Source of the DNA: Squalus acanthias
Lineage: Eukaryota
Assembly (NCBI GenBank): GCA_030390025.1
Contig: CM059432.1
Location: 11,098,001-11,162,000 of the forward strand
Direction of reading: 5' to 3'
Length of the DNA stretch: 64,000 nucleotides
Position numbers and translations under genes: made by a program. Positions 36,156 through 49,029 of the stretch are shown here, in pieces. Numbering within the stretch: the first letter of the stretch is position 1; the number at the start of each line of letters is the position of its first letter. The notes under the pieces were generated by a model, which saw only the letters and a list, made by a program, of their open reading frames with translations, made no database searches and was not told the DNA's origin.

Positions 36156-36183
36156 ACCTCGTGAAGCTACTATATAGGACTAA

Positions 36184-36925
36184 CTGGAATCCCCTACCTA
36201 ACAGCGTGTGGGTGTACCTTCACCACATGGATTGCAGCAGTTTCAGAAGATGTCCCACCACCACCTTCTCAAGGGCAACTAGAGATGGGCAATAAATGCT
36301 GACCTTGCTAGCGATAGCTGTATCCAGAGAATGAATATTTAAAAAAAAAACTGCATGCTGAACACTAAAGCAGCAGGCTATTGACAGGGCTAAGTGGTCC
36401 CACAGTGAATTGATCAAAGGAAATCTCTGTAGCCCGACAACATCCAGTCACGAGTGGTGAACAACCAGGCAATGAACAGGAGGAGGCGGCATCCATGAAT
36501 GTCTCCATCCTCAACTATGGCTGAGCCCAGCATGTGAGTGACACGGCTGAACTGTTTCGAAGAGTCTTCAGGCAAAATTGCTGAGTGGACAATCCTACTT
36601 GGCCTCCTCCTGAGGTCCCAACCATCATAGATGCTGGTGACCAGCCAATTTGGTTCACTCCATGTGATATTAAGAACTAGCTGAGTCCACTGGACACAAC
36701 AAAGGCTACAGACCCTGACAACGGCTGTAGTGCTATCGACCTGTGAACCACAGCTGGCTAATCCTCAAACAACCCAAAAGGTTACTTTGATAGCACCTCC
36801 TTCCCTTGCAATCTCTACCATTGGGAAGGACGAGCAACAATGTCATTGGAACACCAGTACTCCCAGGTTACACACTATTCTGACTTGGATTTATATCGCT
36901 GACCCTTCATTGTCGCAAGGTCAAA
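36184..36925 (+). mobile_element. Degenerate LINE family B fragments
   Basis: Family tail (ccaccttctcaagggcaac..gatgggcaataaatg) at about 36260-36345 and degenerate ORF sequence homologous to 24780-25130. Confidence 0.7.
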
Positions 36926-36932
36926 ATCGTGC

Positions 36933-37154
36933 CTGCAGCAGGTGGTGTAGCTTGGTGACAGCTTTCTTGGTGAAGCGCAGGTGCCTCACACATTGCTCCT
37001 CGGTATAATTGAGGTATGAGAAGTGCTCCCTTGAAGACCCGCTGTGGGCATGGCCTCCTTGCGCAGTGCACTCCTCCTCCCTGCATATTGAGCCTGCCGT
37101 ATCAGGCCATTAAGTGTAAAAAAAATGGACGCAACGCAATTGTATTTCTAGGCC
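36933..37154 (-). mobile_element. Harbinger 5' end with transposase N-terminal remnant
   Basis: EHFSYLNYTEEQCVRHLRFTKKAVTKLHHLLQ on the minus strand; terminus ggcctagaaat. Confidence 0.65.
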
Positions 37155-37624
37155 ACTGTATGTCCAAAGCACAGTTTCCCTGTCTAACCCCGTGCTTAAA
37201 CACCTTGTGGACTCTAGAGAGCAAGAGTGAGTATTAAAAAACAGTCTAGTTGAATCAGTGATAAGGCTTGTGAATGACCCAGTTCTTACTAATAGCATAT
37301 TAGTTTGCAGTATGCTCTTGAAGAGTCCAAACGCTACAAGGTCCATTTTACAAGCCACAGAAACATCATAGCAACCATCAATAAGAAAGAGATATTGGGA
37401 CGGATTATTGCTATGAACGACTGCCATTGAATAATTAACAACGAATGCATGTGTGTAGGTGGCATAACTGAATTAACGAGTAATTTTTTTATTATACATT
37501 CCCTAATTCACCAACCTGCCCAACACAGTTTCACGTTTTTACGGTCCGCCTGGCGAAGGAGGAGGTTCGCAATCTGCCTATCTGAAGGGGTTGAAAGGAG
37601 TGCTGGAACGTCATGAGGAGGGTC

Positions 37625-37942
37625 ACCTTCCAGTGTAACACCCCCCCAACCTTCCAGTCCCCAGTAACACACACCCCCAACCTTCCAGTTCCCAGTAACA
37701 CACACCCACAACCTTCTATTCCCCAGTAACACACCCCCCAACCTTCCAGTCCCCAGTAACACACACCCCCCCAACCTTCCAGTCCCCAGTAACACACACC
37801 CCCCAACCTTCCAGTCCCCAGTAACACACCCCCCAACCTTCCAGTCCCCAGTAACACACCCCCCAACCTTCCAGTCCCCAGTAACACACCCCCCAACCTT
37901 CCAGTCCCCAGTAACACACCCCCCAACCTTCCAGTCCCCAGT
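37625..37942. repeat. Minisatellite, about 10 x 30-33 bp (ccccccaaccttccagtccccagtaacaca)
   Basis: Directly visible tandem array. Confidence 0.95.
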
Positions 37943-38019
37943 CACCCCCATCCTAAGTCACAACCCACTCTCCCAATCTTCCAAGTCCCATCCAGGCAGC
38001 AGTGCCACCTTCCAGTGCT

Positions 38020-38600
38020 GCAGGTGGCGCTGCGGAGACGGCGGCGTGGTTGAGAAGCGCAGCGAGCGGTTGAGAGGAGTGGGATTGGTGTGTGTGTGTG
38101 CGCGCGCGCGGGGAGGTTTCCTCTTGCCACACCTCCCCCCTTCCCCTTCTGTCCTGCTTGGATGGATAGATGGAGCTGGAGCGAGGAGCAGTGACGACAG
38201 GAGGAGGAGGAGGCGGCGGCTGGGGCGGGCGCGCGGAGGCTGGGGCTGCGAGAGACGGTTAGGACGGTTGGAGCGGAGGGCGCGCGCGCGAGCGAGCGAG
38301 TCAGCAGCGCGAGCCTGGGAGGGGGAGGAGGAGGCGCTCGAGCGCCGCTCAGTCAGTCAAGTCAGTCAGTGACTGCCGCCGCTACCACCACAAACACGCA
38401 GCACCAGAGCCGCGGTAGGTAGGGTGAGTGAGTGAGTGAGTGAGTGAGCGAGCCTGTCTCGCTGTCATTTTATGATTTTTAAAGAGAGAGAGAGCGCGAG
38501 AGAAAAGGAGAAAAAAAAAGTTAATTCCGAGAGAGGTGGGGGTAATTTCCCCCCTCCCTCCTTGCCGGCTTTCCTGTGGCGGGCTGGGGTTGTTGGTTGG
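38020..38600 (+). promoter_or_regulatory. CpG-island promoter with probable non-coding first exon of an unidentified gene
   Basis: Only CpG-dense non-transposon block in the window; GC box ggggcggg at 38222; reverse CCAAT at about 38083; donors GTAGGT at 38415 and GTGAGT at 38424. Confidence 0.7.
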
Positions 38601-38740
38601 CCGGTCAGGGGTTGGGGTGGGGGGGGGGATTTTTTTCTTGTAAAATGGTTGTTTGCGGTGTGCAGAGTCTGCTGTGTTCCCAGACAGACAGGGAGGAGAG
38701 TTGCAGCCACCAGACTGGGGGCAGTCACACACTGAATGCT

Positions 38741-38743
38741 GTC

Positions 38744-38782
<39 letters not shown>
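38741..38782. repeat. (TCTG)n/(CT)n microsatellite
   Basis: Directly visible. Confidence 0.9.
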
Positions 38783-38801
38783 GTTTCTGTTATAGCCAGA
38801 G

Positions 38802-39258
38802 AGGCCCAAGTTTAAAGTCAACAGCACCGCAAATCCAAGTGCTGCAACACCATCACTCTGCCGTAGCCAAATAAAACCTATTGTAAAAGTAATTTTTTTT
38901 GGTCGTTGCACACTGCATTAAAGTGCAGCGGTATATCTTTGGTAATTGCAAAACTCGCGCTGGCAGGAGCTGTCGACAGTTGCTTCACCTCAATTCAGGT
39001 GAAGTTTTGTGCTAATTTTATGGATGGACACATTTTACATGGCTAAACGGCTGGTTCGCTTTTTAAACGGTAAATTGGGACAAAAAAAAACCTCATGGTT
39101 GCTAAATGCACAATTACCAAAGATATACTTCTGCACCTTTTAAGTAGGTGTAACTGCCAAAGATGTACTTTTAAAATCGGTTTTATTCTGCTATGGCGAG
39201 TGATGGTGCTGCAGCACTTGGATTTACTGTGCTGTATTAATAACAGTTAAATGTGTCA
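38802..39258. mobile_element. Fold-back MITE-like element with long imperfect inverted arms
   Basis: 38822-38950 is approximately the reverse complement of 39110-39235. Confidence 0.7.
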
Positions 39259-39574
39259 CCATCCTAATGCGATGCTTAAGTGCACGAGGGGTCTAACTTT
39301 TTTGAGAAATAAAAGTTTGTTGCAAATATAAAGGATGATTGAGGATGCTTTAGGAAGGTTCATCTTGGAACTGAGGTACTTTTGGGCTGTTTGAAGAAAC
39401 CATGAATGATAAATCCAAGCCAGTAGTGGAGCAAACATTAATCTTCCCCCCCCAGCCAATTTTTAATTTTATTTTATACAGTTCAATGTCGGAGCAGAGC
39501 TGTGATACCTCTTGTAGTGGGAGTGTTGTACTTCACTGTATAATGGCTGTGTTATGTGTGTTGTATACAGCAAC

Positions 39575-40385
39575 AACAACTTACATTTATATAACAACCA
39601 CTTGTATTTATATAGCGCCTTTACCGTAGTAAAACGTCTCCGGGTGCTTCACAGGAGTGTTATCAAACAAAATTTGACATCGAGAAACATAAGGAAATAT
39701 CAGGACAGAAAGAGGTTTTAAGGAGCGTCTTAAAGGAGGATAGAGAGGTGGAGAGGTTTGGGAGGCAATTCTAGAGCTTAGGGCCTTGACAGCTGAAGGC
39801 ACGGCCACCAATGGTTGAGAGATTGTAATCCGGGATGCTCAAGAGGCCAGAATTAGAGGAGCGCAGATATCTGAGGGTTGTGGGGCTGGAGGAGATTAGA
39901 GACAGGGAGGGGTGAGGCCATGGAGGGATTTGAAAACAAGGATGAGAATTTTAAAATTGAGATGTTACTCAGCCGGGAGCCATTGTAGGTCATTGAGCAC
40001 AGGGGTGATGGGTGAATTACACTTGCTGCGATTTCGGACACGGGCAGCAGATTTTTGGATAGCCTCAAGTTTACGGAGGGTAGAACGTGGGAGGCTGGCC
40101 AGGAATGCGTTGGAATAGTCATGTCTATAGGTAACATTCAGTGCCGGATGTCGGACAAGCAGTCTGACAATTTAAAGGCAGTGGTTGGGTCGAGAGAAGT
40201 GGTGGTGAGGTAGAGCTGGGTGTCGTCAGTGTACATGCGGAAACTGAGGCTGTGTTTTCGGATGATGTTGCCGAGGGGCAGCATGTAGATGAGAAATAGG
40301 AGGGGGCCAAGGATAGATCCTTGGGGGACACCAGAGGTAATGGTGCAGGGGCGAGAAGCGAAGCCGTTGCAGGTGATTCTCTGGC
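39575..40385 (-). mobile_element. L2 3' fragment with internal deletion
   Basis: ORF 40138-40590: GVPQGSILGPLLFLIYM...YTDDTQLY. Confidence 0.85.
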
Positions 40386-40772
40386 TACGATTAAATATAG
40401 TGCATTTAACATAGTAAAACGTCTCAAGGCGCTTAATGAGCGATATCAATTTAAAGAACAGGGGTGCTGGGTGAATGAGATTACAGTGTCCCTCTGTCAT
40501 GTTGATGCTGTATGGAGTTCTCAATATTAACCTATTTGCAACTTGAAGTTTGACATGGTTAATTTTGCTTACAGTTTGGTGTACAGTCATTTATTTATTT
40601 CGACATTTAGTGTTTCCCTTTGTGTTTTAGGAGGATGAAAGGTCCAGCAGTTTCAGTGAAGGCCTCCCGATGTTCTGGGAGACTTAAACTAATTGGGCTC
40701 CCTAAACTTTCTATTCTTGGGTTTTGGTGTTTCTGGTGTGAAGGATCGTAGTCACAAGCCCACATCCCACCA

Positions 40773-41640
40773 TTGCACATGTACGCTGATGACACTCAGC
40801 TCTACCTCACCACCTCTTCTCTTGACCCTTCCACGGTCTCTAAATTGTCAGACTGCTTGTCCGACATCCTTTACTGGATGAGCAGAAATTTTCTCCAATT
40901 AATTATTGGGAAGACTGAAGCCATTGTCTTTGATCCCTGTCACAAACTCTGTTTCCTAGCCACCAATTCCATCCCTCTCCCTGGCATCTGTCTGAACCAG
41001 ACTGTTCGAAACCTTGGTGTCATATTTGACCCTGAAATGAGCTTCAGACCACATATCCGTGGCATAACTAAGACCACCTATTTCCACCTCTGTAACATTG
41101 CCCGTCTCCGCCCCTGCCTCAGTTTATCTGCTGCGGAAACCCTCATCCATGCCTTTGTTACCTCTAGACTTGACGATTCCAACGCATTCCTGGCTGGCCA
41201 CCCACATTCTACCCTATGTAAACTTGAGCTCATCCAAAACCCGGCTGCCCGTGTCCTAATTCGCACCAAGTTCTGTTCACCTATCACCCCTGTGCTCACT
41301 GACCTACATTGCTCACCTCTCCCTATCTCTGCAAACTCCTCCAGCCCCACAAACCCCCGAGATATCTGCGCTCCTTTAATTCTTCCCTCTTGAGCATCCC
41401 TGATTATAATAGCTCAACCATTGGTGGCCGTCCCTTCAGCTGTCTAGGCCCTAAGCTCTGGAATTCCCTCCCTAACCCCCTCTACCTCTCCTCCTTTAAG
41501 ACGCTCCTTAAAACCTACCTCTTTCAGCCCTAATATCCTTGTGGCTCGGTGTCATATTTTTTGTTTTATAACATTCCTATGAAGCGCCTCAGGACGTTTT
41601 ACGACTTTAAAGGTGCTATATAAATACAAGTTGATGTTGT
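40773..41640 (+). mobile_element. L2 3' fragment
   Basis: ORF 40773-41393: YADDTQLY...LIHAFVTSRLD; tail gctatataaatacaagttg. Confidence 0.9.
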
Positions 41641-43612
41641 AAATCATGCACATATATGGTATGGTTACACAGAACTATAATCTTATGAAACATTTTTATA
41701 TATATATATTTTCATAAGATTATAGTTCTCAGTGTAACCATGCCAAGCATCATTGGAATTATTTCAAACATTCATCGCAAAACATCTCGCCCCTTCCCCT
41801 CAAATTACCGTGTCACTTTTTCTCCAAGTTGGTATGTTTGTACCTCTCCCTGGTTGTTTCACTCAACTGCCAACATAAGACAGAAGCTTCATTTCAGTTT
41901 TACCAAGTTTCTTCAACCAGAAGACTGCACTATACAGTCTCCTTGGTGCAGCAAACTTTAACAAAAATTAGGAAATCAGGTCAAGTAATTGTTCCTTTTT
42001 TAGTAATTTTCTGCTTTCCATCTTGGGTTCCTTGTACAAGAGGATTGGCTTGTAAACCTGTCTTTAGAATACTGTCAATACTGCTGTACAAGAGCAGTGT
42101 ACGGCGATTTGCCCTCTACGTTTGCTTGTTATAACTAAGTTTCGGGTTTTGACGTAAATAAAGTTAGGAAATCTATGTGTGGGGAGTTTGTAGGTGGAAA
42201 CCTGTGCTTTGTGGTCCAGCATGTTGAAGATGCTTTGTGCCACCATGTAGTTACTTCACTGATTGTTAAAAAATATATCTATCTCTGGCATAGCGCGCAG
42301 TTCCCATATTACACTTTTGTCCTTTTATATCATGTCACACTTTTTCACATTTTGGTCACTCTTTGATGCAAAATAAAACTGCAGTGAATCAGAGAGTTGA
42401 AGAGGTAGGGAAGTACAAATCAGAAGTGAGTGAAGTGGCTGGAAACTACCAGTGACTTATTAAAACAACTTATCCTGAAGGATCAGTCAGGTTAACCTAC
42501 CAATAAACGAAAGGAGAAGGTGAGACCATGGAAAATTACCTATTTCCCAATAACCAGATTTAATTCAGTATCTCTGGGGAAATTTCTTAAACTTGACTAT
42601 AAATTTGTCTTTTGTATCTTTGAGTGCCGTCAAAGGCTTCGGCCTCTTTCAAAAGGTTGGCCTTCAACTTGATATTTTTGCCCAGAGCTGTGACTGTCTG
42701 CTGAAGGCAGATTCTACAGAGTGATGCACGATTTTTCAGGATGCAGCATCAGCTCAACTAGAAAAGGGTTTGGTTGTTTTATTTTGACGATCTTTGAAGA
42801 AAATCTAGGGGACAAATTTCAAAAGCCTTATTCAGGTGTTAGTTTTGTTTAAACAACAAGGATATCTGTGTCTGAAAGGGGAAAAGAAGAAAAACAGGAA
42901 CAGGTGGAGATAATGCAAACCTGATGGTGCTTATTAAACAAATGTGGCTGTTTTTATTAAACAAATGTGGCTGTTTTTATTTATCTTTTATCCAATCTAT
43001 TTTTCAGCGGTCAAGTCAAAATTGTGCCTTTGTGTAGAACAGTATTTCAGTTTGTGTATTTTTTGAAAATGATTGGAATTTAAAATGGACAATGAATTTT
43101 AGTAGGTTTTCAACAAAACCGTTAAATAAAGCTATTGACTTCAGTTTTTTTTAGTTCAGAAAGTGTGTCCTACCACACATTTTATAAGCAATGCAAAAGT
43201 TCCTGACTGATTTTTGCCAGTTGAAAGTAAAAATAAATTCCAATAAGACGGAGTGAAATCTTTTACTTATTTTATGCAGGTGTATTTATTTATCTGAGGA
43301 GAGCAGTGTTTACTTATCCTCTCAGAAGCCAATTACATAACATTTAATTCAGTATCTCTGGGGAAATTTCTTAAAAGCTTACAAACCAGTGCTGACAGAC
43401 CCCTTCCCGTATCAGTGCTATTCTCTCTCTTTTGCCCCCTGCCCCCACCCCCCTTGTCCAGTGCTAACAGACTTCCGGAATCCACCAGTGATTCAAAACC
43501 CACGTTCCACTTGCCAGACCCCATTTTGTGCATATTCCAGGTTCCCCTAGTGATGCCAATCTCCACTACCTCACTGCTGCCAAACATCAGGAACTACCTC
43601 CAAACTATTGCA

Positions 43613-46600
43613 ACAACAGAAAATGCTGGAAATACTCAGCAGGCCAGGTAGCATCGTGGAGAGAGAAACAGAATTAACGTTTCAGGTCGATGACTCTTTG
43701 TGAGAACTGGAAAAAGTTGGAGAAGTAACAGATTTTTAAGCAAGTGTGGGGCAGGGAAAGGGAGGAGGGGAGGAAAGAACAAAGGGAAGGTCTGTGATAG
43801 GATGGGAGGCAGGAGAGATTAAAAGACAAAAGGGATGATGGTGCAAGGCAAAAGGAGATGGTAATGGGACAAGTTAAGAAACAAAAGATGACTCGAGATG
43901 AGGTGTAAATGGCGATGGCAGAATCATCAACAGTTGCCATGTGAGAGAAAAAAGAAAACATAGGGGCCGAGGTTATAGTCTGAAATTGTTGAACTCGATG
44001 TTGAGTCCAGAAGGCTGTAAAGTGCCTAATTGAAAGATGAGGTGCTGTTCCTTGAGCTTGGTTGGAACAGTGCAAGAGGCCGAGGACAGAGAGATCAGAG
44101 TGGGAGTGGAGCGGAGAACTAAAGTGACAGGCGACTGGAAGCTCAGGGTCACGTTTACGGACTGAACGGAGGTGTTCTGCATTTGGTCTCCCCAATGTAG
44201 AGGAGACCGCATCGTGAGCACCGAATACAGTATACTAAATTGCAAGAAGTACAAGTAAATCGCTGTTTCACCTGGAAGGAGTGTTTGGGGCCCTGGACAG
44301 TGGGAAGGGAGGAGGTAAAAGGGCAGGTGTTGCATCTCCTGTGCTTGCATGGGAAGGTGCCGTGGTGTTGGGGGTGAAAGGAGTGGACCAGGGTGTCGTG
44401 GAGGGAGTGGTCCCTTCGGAATGCTTAAAGGGTGGGGAGGGACAGGGGAAGATGTGTTTGGTGGTGGGATCACGCTGGAGATGACGGAGGATGATTCGTT
44501 GAATGTGGAGGCTGGTGGGGTGAAAGGTGAGGACAAGGGGAACCCCAATCATGGTTCTGGGAGGGAGGGGAAGGGGTGAGAGCAGAAGTGCGGGAAATGG
44601 AACGGACACGGTTGAGGGCCATGTCAACCAAGGTAGAGGGGAATCCTCGGTTGTGGAAAAAGGAAGACATAGCGGAAGTACTAGTATGGAAGGTGGCATC
44701 GTCAGAACAAATGAGATGGAGAAAATGGAAGAATGAAATAGTCCTTACAGGAAGTGGGGTAGGAGGAAGTGTAGTCCAGGTAGCTGTGGGAATCGGTGGG
44801 CTTATAGTGGATGTTTGTCAATAGCCTATCCCCAGAAATGGAGACAGAGAAGTCGAGGAAGGGAAGAGTTGGAGATGGACCATGTGAAGGTGAGGAAAGG
44901 GTGGAAATTGGAAGCAAAGTGAATGAAATTTTCTAGTTCCGGACGAGAGCAGGAAACGGCACTGATACAGTCATCAATATACTGGAAAAAGAGGAGAGGG
45001 AGGGAGCCTGAGTAGGAGTGGAACAAAGAATGTTCCACATATCCCACGAAAAGGCAGGCATAGCTAGGGCCCATGTGGGTTCCCATAGCAACACCTTTAA
45101 TTTGGAGGAAGTGAGGCGTCAAAGGAGAAGTTGTTCAATGTGAGAACAAGTTCAGCCAGGCGGAGGACGGTGGTGGTGGATGGGGACTGGTTGTGCCTCT
45201 GTTCAAGGAAGAAGCGGAGCGCTCTCAGGCCATCCTGGTGGGGGATGGAGGTGTAGAGGGATTGGATGTCCGTAGTAAAAAGGAGACGGTTGGGGCCAGG
45301 AAACTGTTAAAGTGGAGGAGGGCGTCGGAAGAGTCGCGAATGTAGTTGGGAAGAGACTGGACAAGGGGAGAAAAAATGGAGTTGAGATAGGAAGAAATCA
45401 GTTCCGTGGGGCAAGAACAGGCTGAAATGATGGGTCTACCAGGGCAGCCACATTTTGCGGAACACCTCCGTTCAGTCCGTAAGCGTGACCCCGCGCTTCC
45501 GGTCGCCTGTCACTTTAATTCTCTGCTGCACTCCCACTCTGATCTCTCGGTCCTTGGCCTCTTACACTGTTCCAACGAAGCTCAAGGAACAGCACCTCAT
45601 CTTTAAATTAGGCACTTAACAGCCTTCTGGACTCAACATCGAGTTCAACAATTTCAGACTATAACCTCGGCCCCTATGTTTTCTTTTTTCTCTCACATGG
45701 CAACTGTTGATAATTCTGCCATTGCCATTTACACCTCATCTCGAGTCATCTTTTGTTTCTTAACTTGTCCCATTACCATCTCCTTTTGCCTTGCACCATC
45801 ATCCCTTTTGTCTTTTAATCTCTCCTGCCTCCCATCCGATCATAAGAACATAAGAAATAGGAGCAGGAGTAGGCCAATCGGCCCTTCGAGCCTGCTCCGC
45901 CATTCAATAAGATCATGGCTGATCTGATCCTCACCTCAAATCTAAAGAAAACAAGAAGTAGGAGCAGGACCCGGCCACTCAGCCCCTGGGCCCGCTATGC
46001 CACCCACAGGGCCTCGACCGATCCGAACTCAGCCTCATGTCCAATTTCCTGCCCGCTCCCCGTAACCCCTAATTCCCTTTACTTCTAGGAAACTGTCTAT
46101 TTCTGTTTTAAATTTATTTAATGATGTAGCTTCCACAGCTTCCTGGGGCAGCAAATTCCACAGACCTACTACCCTCTGAGTGAAGAAGTTTCTCCTCATC
46201 TCAGTTTTGAAAGAGCAGCCCCTTATTCTAAGATTATGTCCCCTAGTTCTAGTTTCACCCATCCTTGGGAACATCCTTACCGCATCCACCCGATCAAGCC
46301 CCTTCACAATCTTATATGTTTCAATAAGATCGCCTCTCATTCTTCTGAACTCCAATGAGTAGAGTCCCAATCTACTCAACCTCTCCTCGTATGTCCACCC
46401 CCTCATCCCGGGGATTAACCGAGTGAACCTTCTTTGTACTGCCTCGAGAGCAAGTATGTCTTTTCTTAAGTATGGACACCAAAACTGTATGCAGTATTCC
46501 AGATCCAGATCACAGACCTTCCCTTTGTTCTTTCCTCCCCTCCTCCCTTTCCCTGCCCCACACTTGCTTAAAAATCTGTTACTTCTCCAACTTTTTCCAG

Positions 46601-46722
46601 TTCTGACTAAGGGTCATCAACCTGAAATGTTAACTCTGTTTCTCTCTCCACGATGCTGACCTGAGAGTTTCCAGCATTTTCTGCTTTTTCAGATTTCCAA
46701 CATCCGCAGTATTTTGCTGTTG
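43613..46722 (-). mobile_element. Penelope-like element: 5'-truncated RT and GIY-YIG remnant on -, followed by an inverted copy of its 3' end
   Basis: QIKGVAMGTHMGPSYACLF...YIDD; YKPTDSHSYL; YCIRC..CGLLYIGET; AEHLRSV; pLTR at both ends; degenerate TSD tccaaactattgca / tccaaaatgttgca. Confidence 0.9.
45841..46500 (-). mobile_element. CR1 3' fragment (long-3'UTR subfamily) inside the Penelope element
   Basis: ORF 46035-46406; Penelope arm reads through on both sides. Confidence 0.9.
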
Positions 46723-47094
46723 TCCAAAATGTTGCATCTTGCTGTGTTTTTAAGAATAAGGTTTAAAAATGAAATTCTCAGGTTAAAGAATATAATATAT
46801 GTACTAATGCATCTCCTGTGCCATTGCTTATGGTAAATCACAGGATATGTGCTGTGTTTCAACTGCCTGGTGTCTTTATGTAGCTAGTTCTGTCTTTCTC
46901 CCTCTCCTGGCATCTTCTGGTTTTCCCACATTTTGTTTTCTTCTACTTTCTTTCCCTGTCCTCTTGTCTCTCTTTCCTAGCCTTTTTTTCCATGTTTCTA
47001 CCCCACCCTTTGTTAATTACCATTATATATGGTGGCCAAGGTGGGTGTGTGTTCTTTGTGAGCTGCAGCTAGGGGGTGAAGCATTTGGTCAAGA

Positions 47095-47325
47095 CCGTGC
47101 CTTCAGCTGCCTCGGCCCTAAGCTCTGGAATTCCCAACCTAAAGCTCTCTGCCTCTACACCCCTCTCCTCTTTTAAGATGCTGCTTAAAACCTACCTCTT
47201 TGACCAAGCTTTTGGTCACCTGTCCTAATATCACGTGGCTCGGTGTCAAATTTTGTCTGATAACGCTCTTGTGAAGCGCCTTGGAACGTATTATGTTAAA
47301 GGTGCTATATAAATGCAAGTTGTTA
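47095..47325 (+). mobile_element. L2 3' end
   Basis: gccttcagctgcctcggccctaagctctggaattcc...gctatataaatgcaagttg. Confidence 0.85.
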
Positions 47326-47777
47326 CATTTTCAGGCGGTTGGTGCAGGGCATCCACCGGTGGAGGAGAATTGCAGCCACGGCCACAGGCTGATGAGTCAG
47401 TAATGCCTTAGGGGCTGCAGAAGGTAGTGTAGAAGGGATAAATTGTGTGTAATATGGCATAACACCTTATATCTTTTAACTCACGGTCAGCAGCAGGAGA
47501 TATGCTAGTATTATAAAAGCTTTACATGTGCATGTACTTCCTGTTGTCACACTTCAGACATCAGACATTGTCTAATGCAAATGTCTGTCACACTTGGGAA
47601 TTTTAAAGAAATCTGTCATTTCAATGTATTGATGAACTATTCAGCAAGCAGAGCCACATTGTCTGCAGACTCTTTGTTGAGCCCTGTATGAAATTCACTC
47701 GTGTTTATTTAACTTCAATTAGATTTTGTAGCTTTGAAAGAAGATACACTTGTACTTTAGTAGCAGAATATTACACC

Positions 47778-48560
47778 GGGGTAGATTTTGCACTTTGGGT
47801 GCAATTGGGAAATTGTGCCAAAATGCGCTTGAAATTGTACTGGTTAGGTTAGGCTTCAAGTTTCCACTAAAAATCATTTGCACAATCTTCCATGAAATTT
47901 TTTTTTTCCCTTTAAAAAATATTCTTTAAACCTGGTGCAGTTTTATTAATAAGCTGAAAATGGGTTTATCGCCAAAAAGAAGCATTTTTAGTGAGGGTGT
48001 CCAGTCTGCCACCTGTGAGTAACCTGATTTTAAAATCACTGAAAATGACTTAAAAAAATTATACTGAACCATTTCATAGTTTCATTGGTGTACGCTATTA
48101 TGTACTATATAGTTCCCACATTACAACAGTGACTACACTTCAAAAGTACTTCATTGGTTGTAAAGCGCTTTGAGATGTCCGGTGGTTGTGAAAGGCACTA
48201 TATAAATGCAAGTTTTTCTTTTCTTTTTACACTACTCAGTTTCTTAGTAAATTAAATTTTTTTGATCTGGAAAATGTTTTAAAACATGTCTGCTAGTGCC
48301 TGTGCGCCTCAGAAAATGAGTGCAATTTGAAGAGCCTTCTCGAACCAGCGCAGTTGGAATCTCGCAATTTTCACCTGCAGGTGTGGGCGGGGCCTGATTT
48401 GGGCAAATTGAATCTTGAAATAACGTAAAAGATCATGGAAAACACGAATGTAAGTTGTTTTGGGTGCAACTCCCTTATGTTTAAAGTTCCCCGATCTTTT
48501 GCACTGGTTCAACCGATTCTGCCCAGATTGCGCTGATATAATTAGTGGAAACTCGAACCC
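47778..48560. mobile_element. Possible old MITE containing a Deu-SINE tail (48112-48228)
   Basis: Starts ggggtagatttt; internal inverted motifs (agtttccactaa / ttagtggaaact); the SINE tail is clear. Confidence 0.4.
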
Positions 48561-49029
48561 TGGTGTTTAATGTGGTATAATGTTCTCGTCCTAAGACAGC
48601 ACATCCTCTGACTTGCCATGAGCACCACCAAGAAGTATCTATTGCATTCCAGATGCTGCATTTTGTTAGATGCAAAGCAATCATTTAAACAAAAACAGGA
48701 AGAGACAGAAAGACAATCACTTAATGCTGGCTGCTTCTGACGTGGAATTCAAAATTGTCAAGCAATTTTTAAACGTGCGCAGGCACACAACAATTAAATT
48801 CCGTAAATTGTTTTTATTTAACAATAATGAGACTTTTTTGCTCGGAAAGACAGAGGTCTACTTCAGCAGCAAAATACATTTTGTATTGTATGGTATAACA
48901 CTCCTGTTCTTGAAAAAAAGCGTCTGACTTAATGTGTGCAATGTCATGGGACATCTAGTATGCAGGATCTTCTAAACCCCACTGAATAAGCTGTAGAGAA
49001 ATAAATCCTCTCCTATCGCAAACTCACTT

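Noticed and set aside
37508..37951. Repetitive ORFs (VTGDWKVGGC etc.)
   Set aside because: Translations of the minisatellite in three frames
38046..38911. Arg/Gly-rich ORFs over the CpG island
   Set aside because: Expected from GC-rich low-complexity and microsatellite sequence; no domain recognised
42931..42981. Tandem duplication of about 23 bp
   Set aside because: Ordinary slippage with no sign of function
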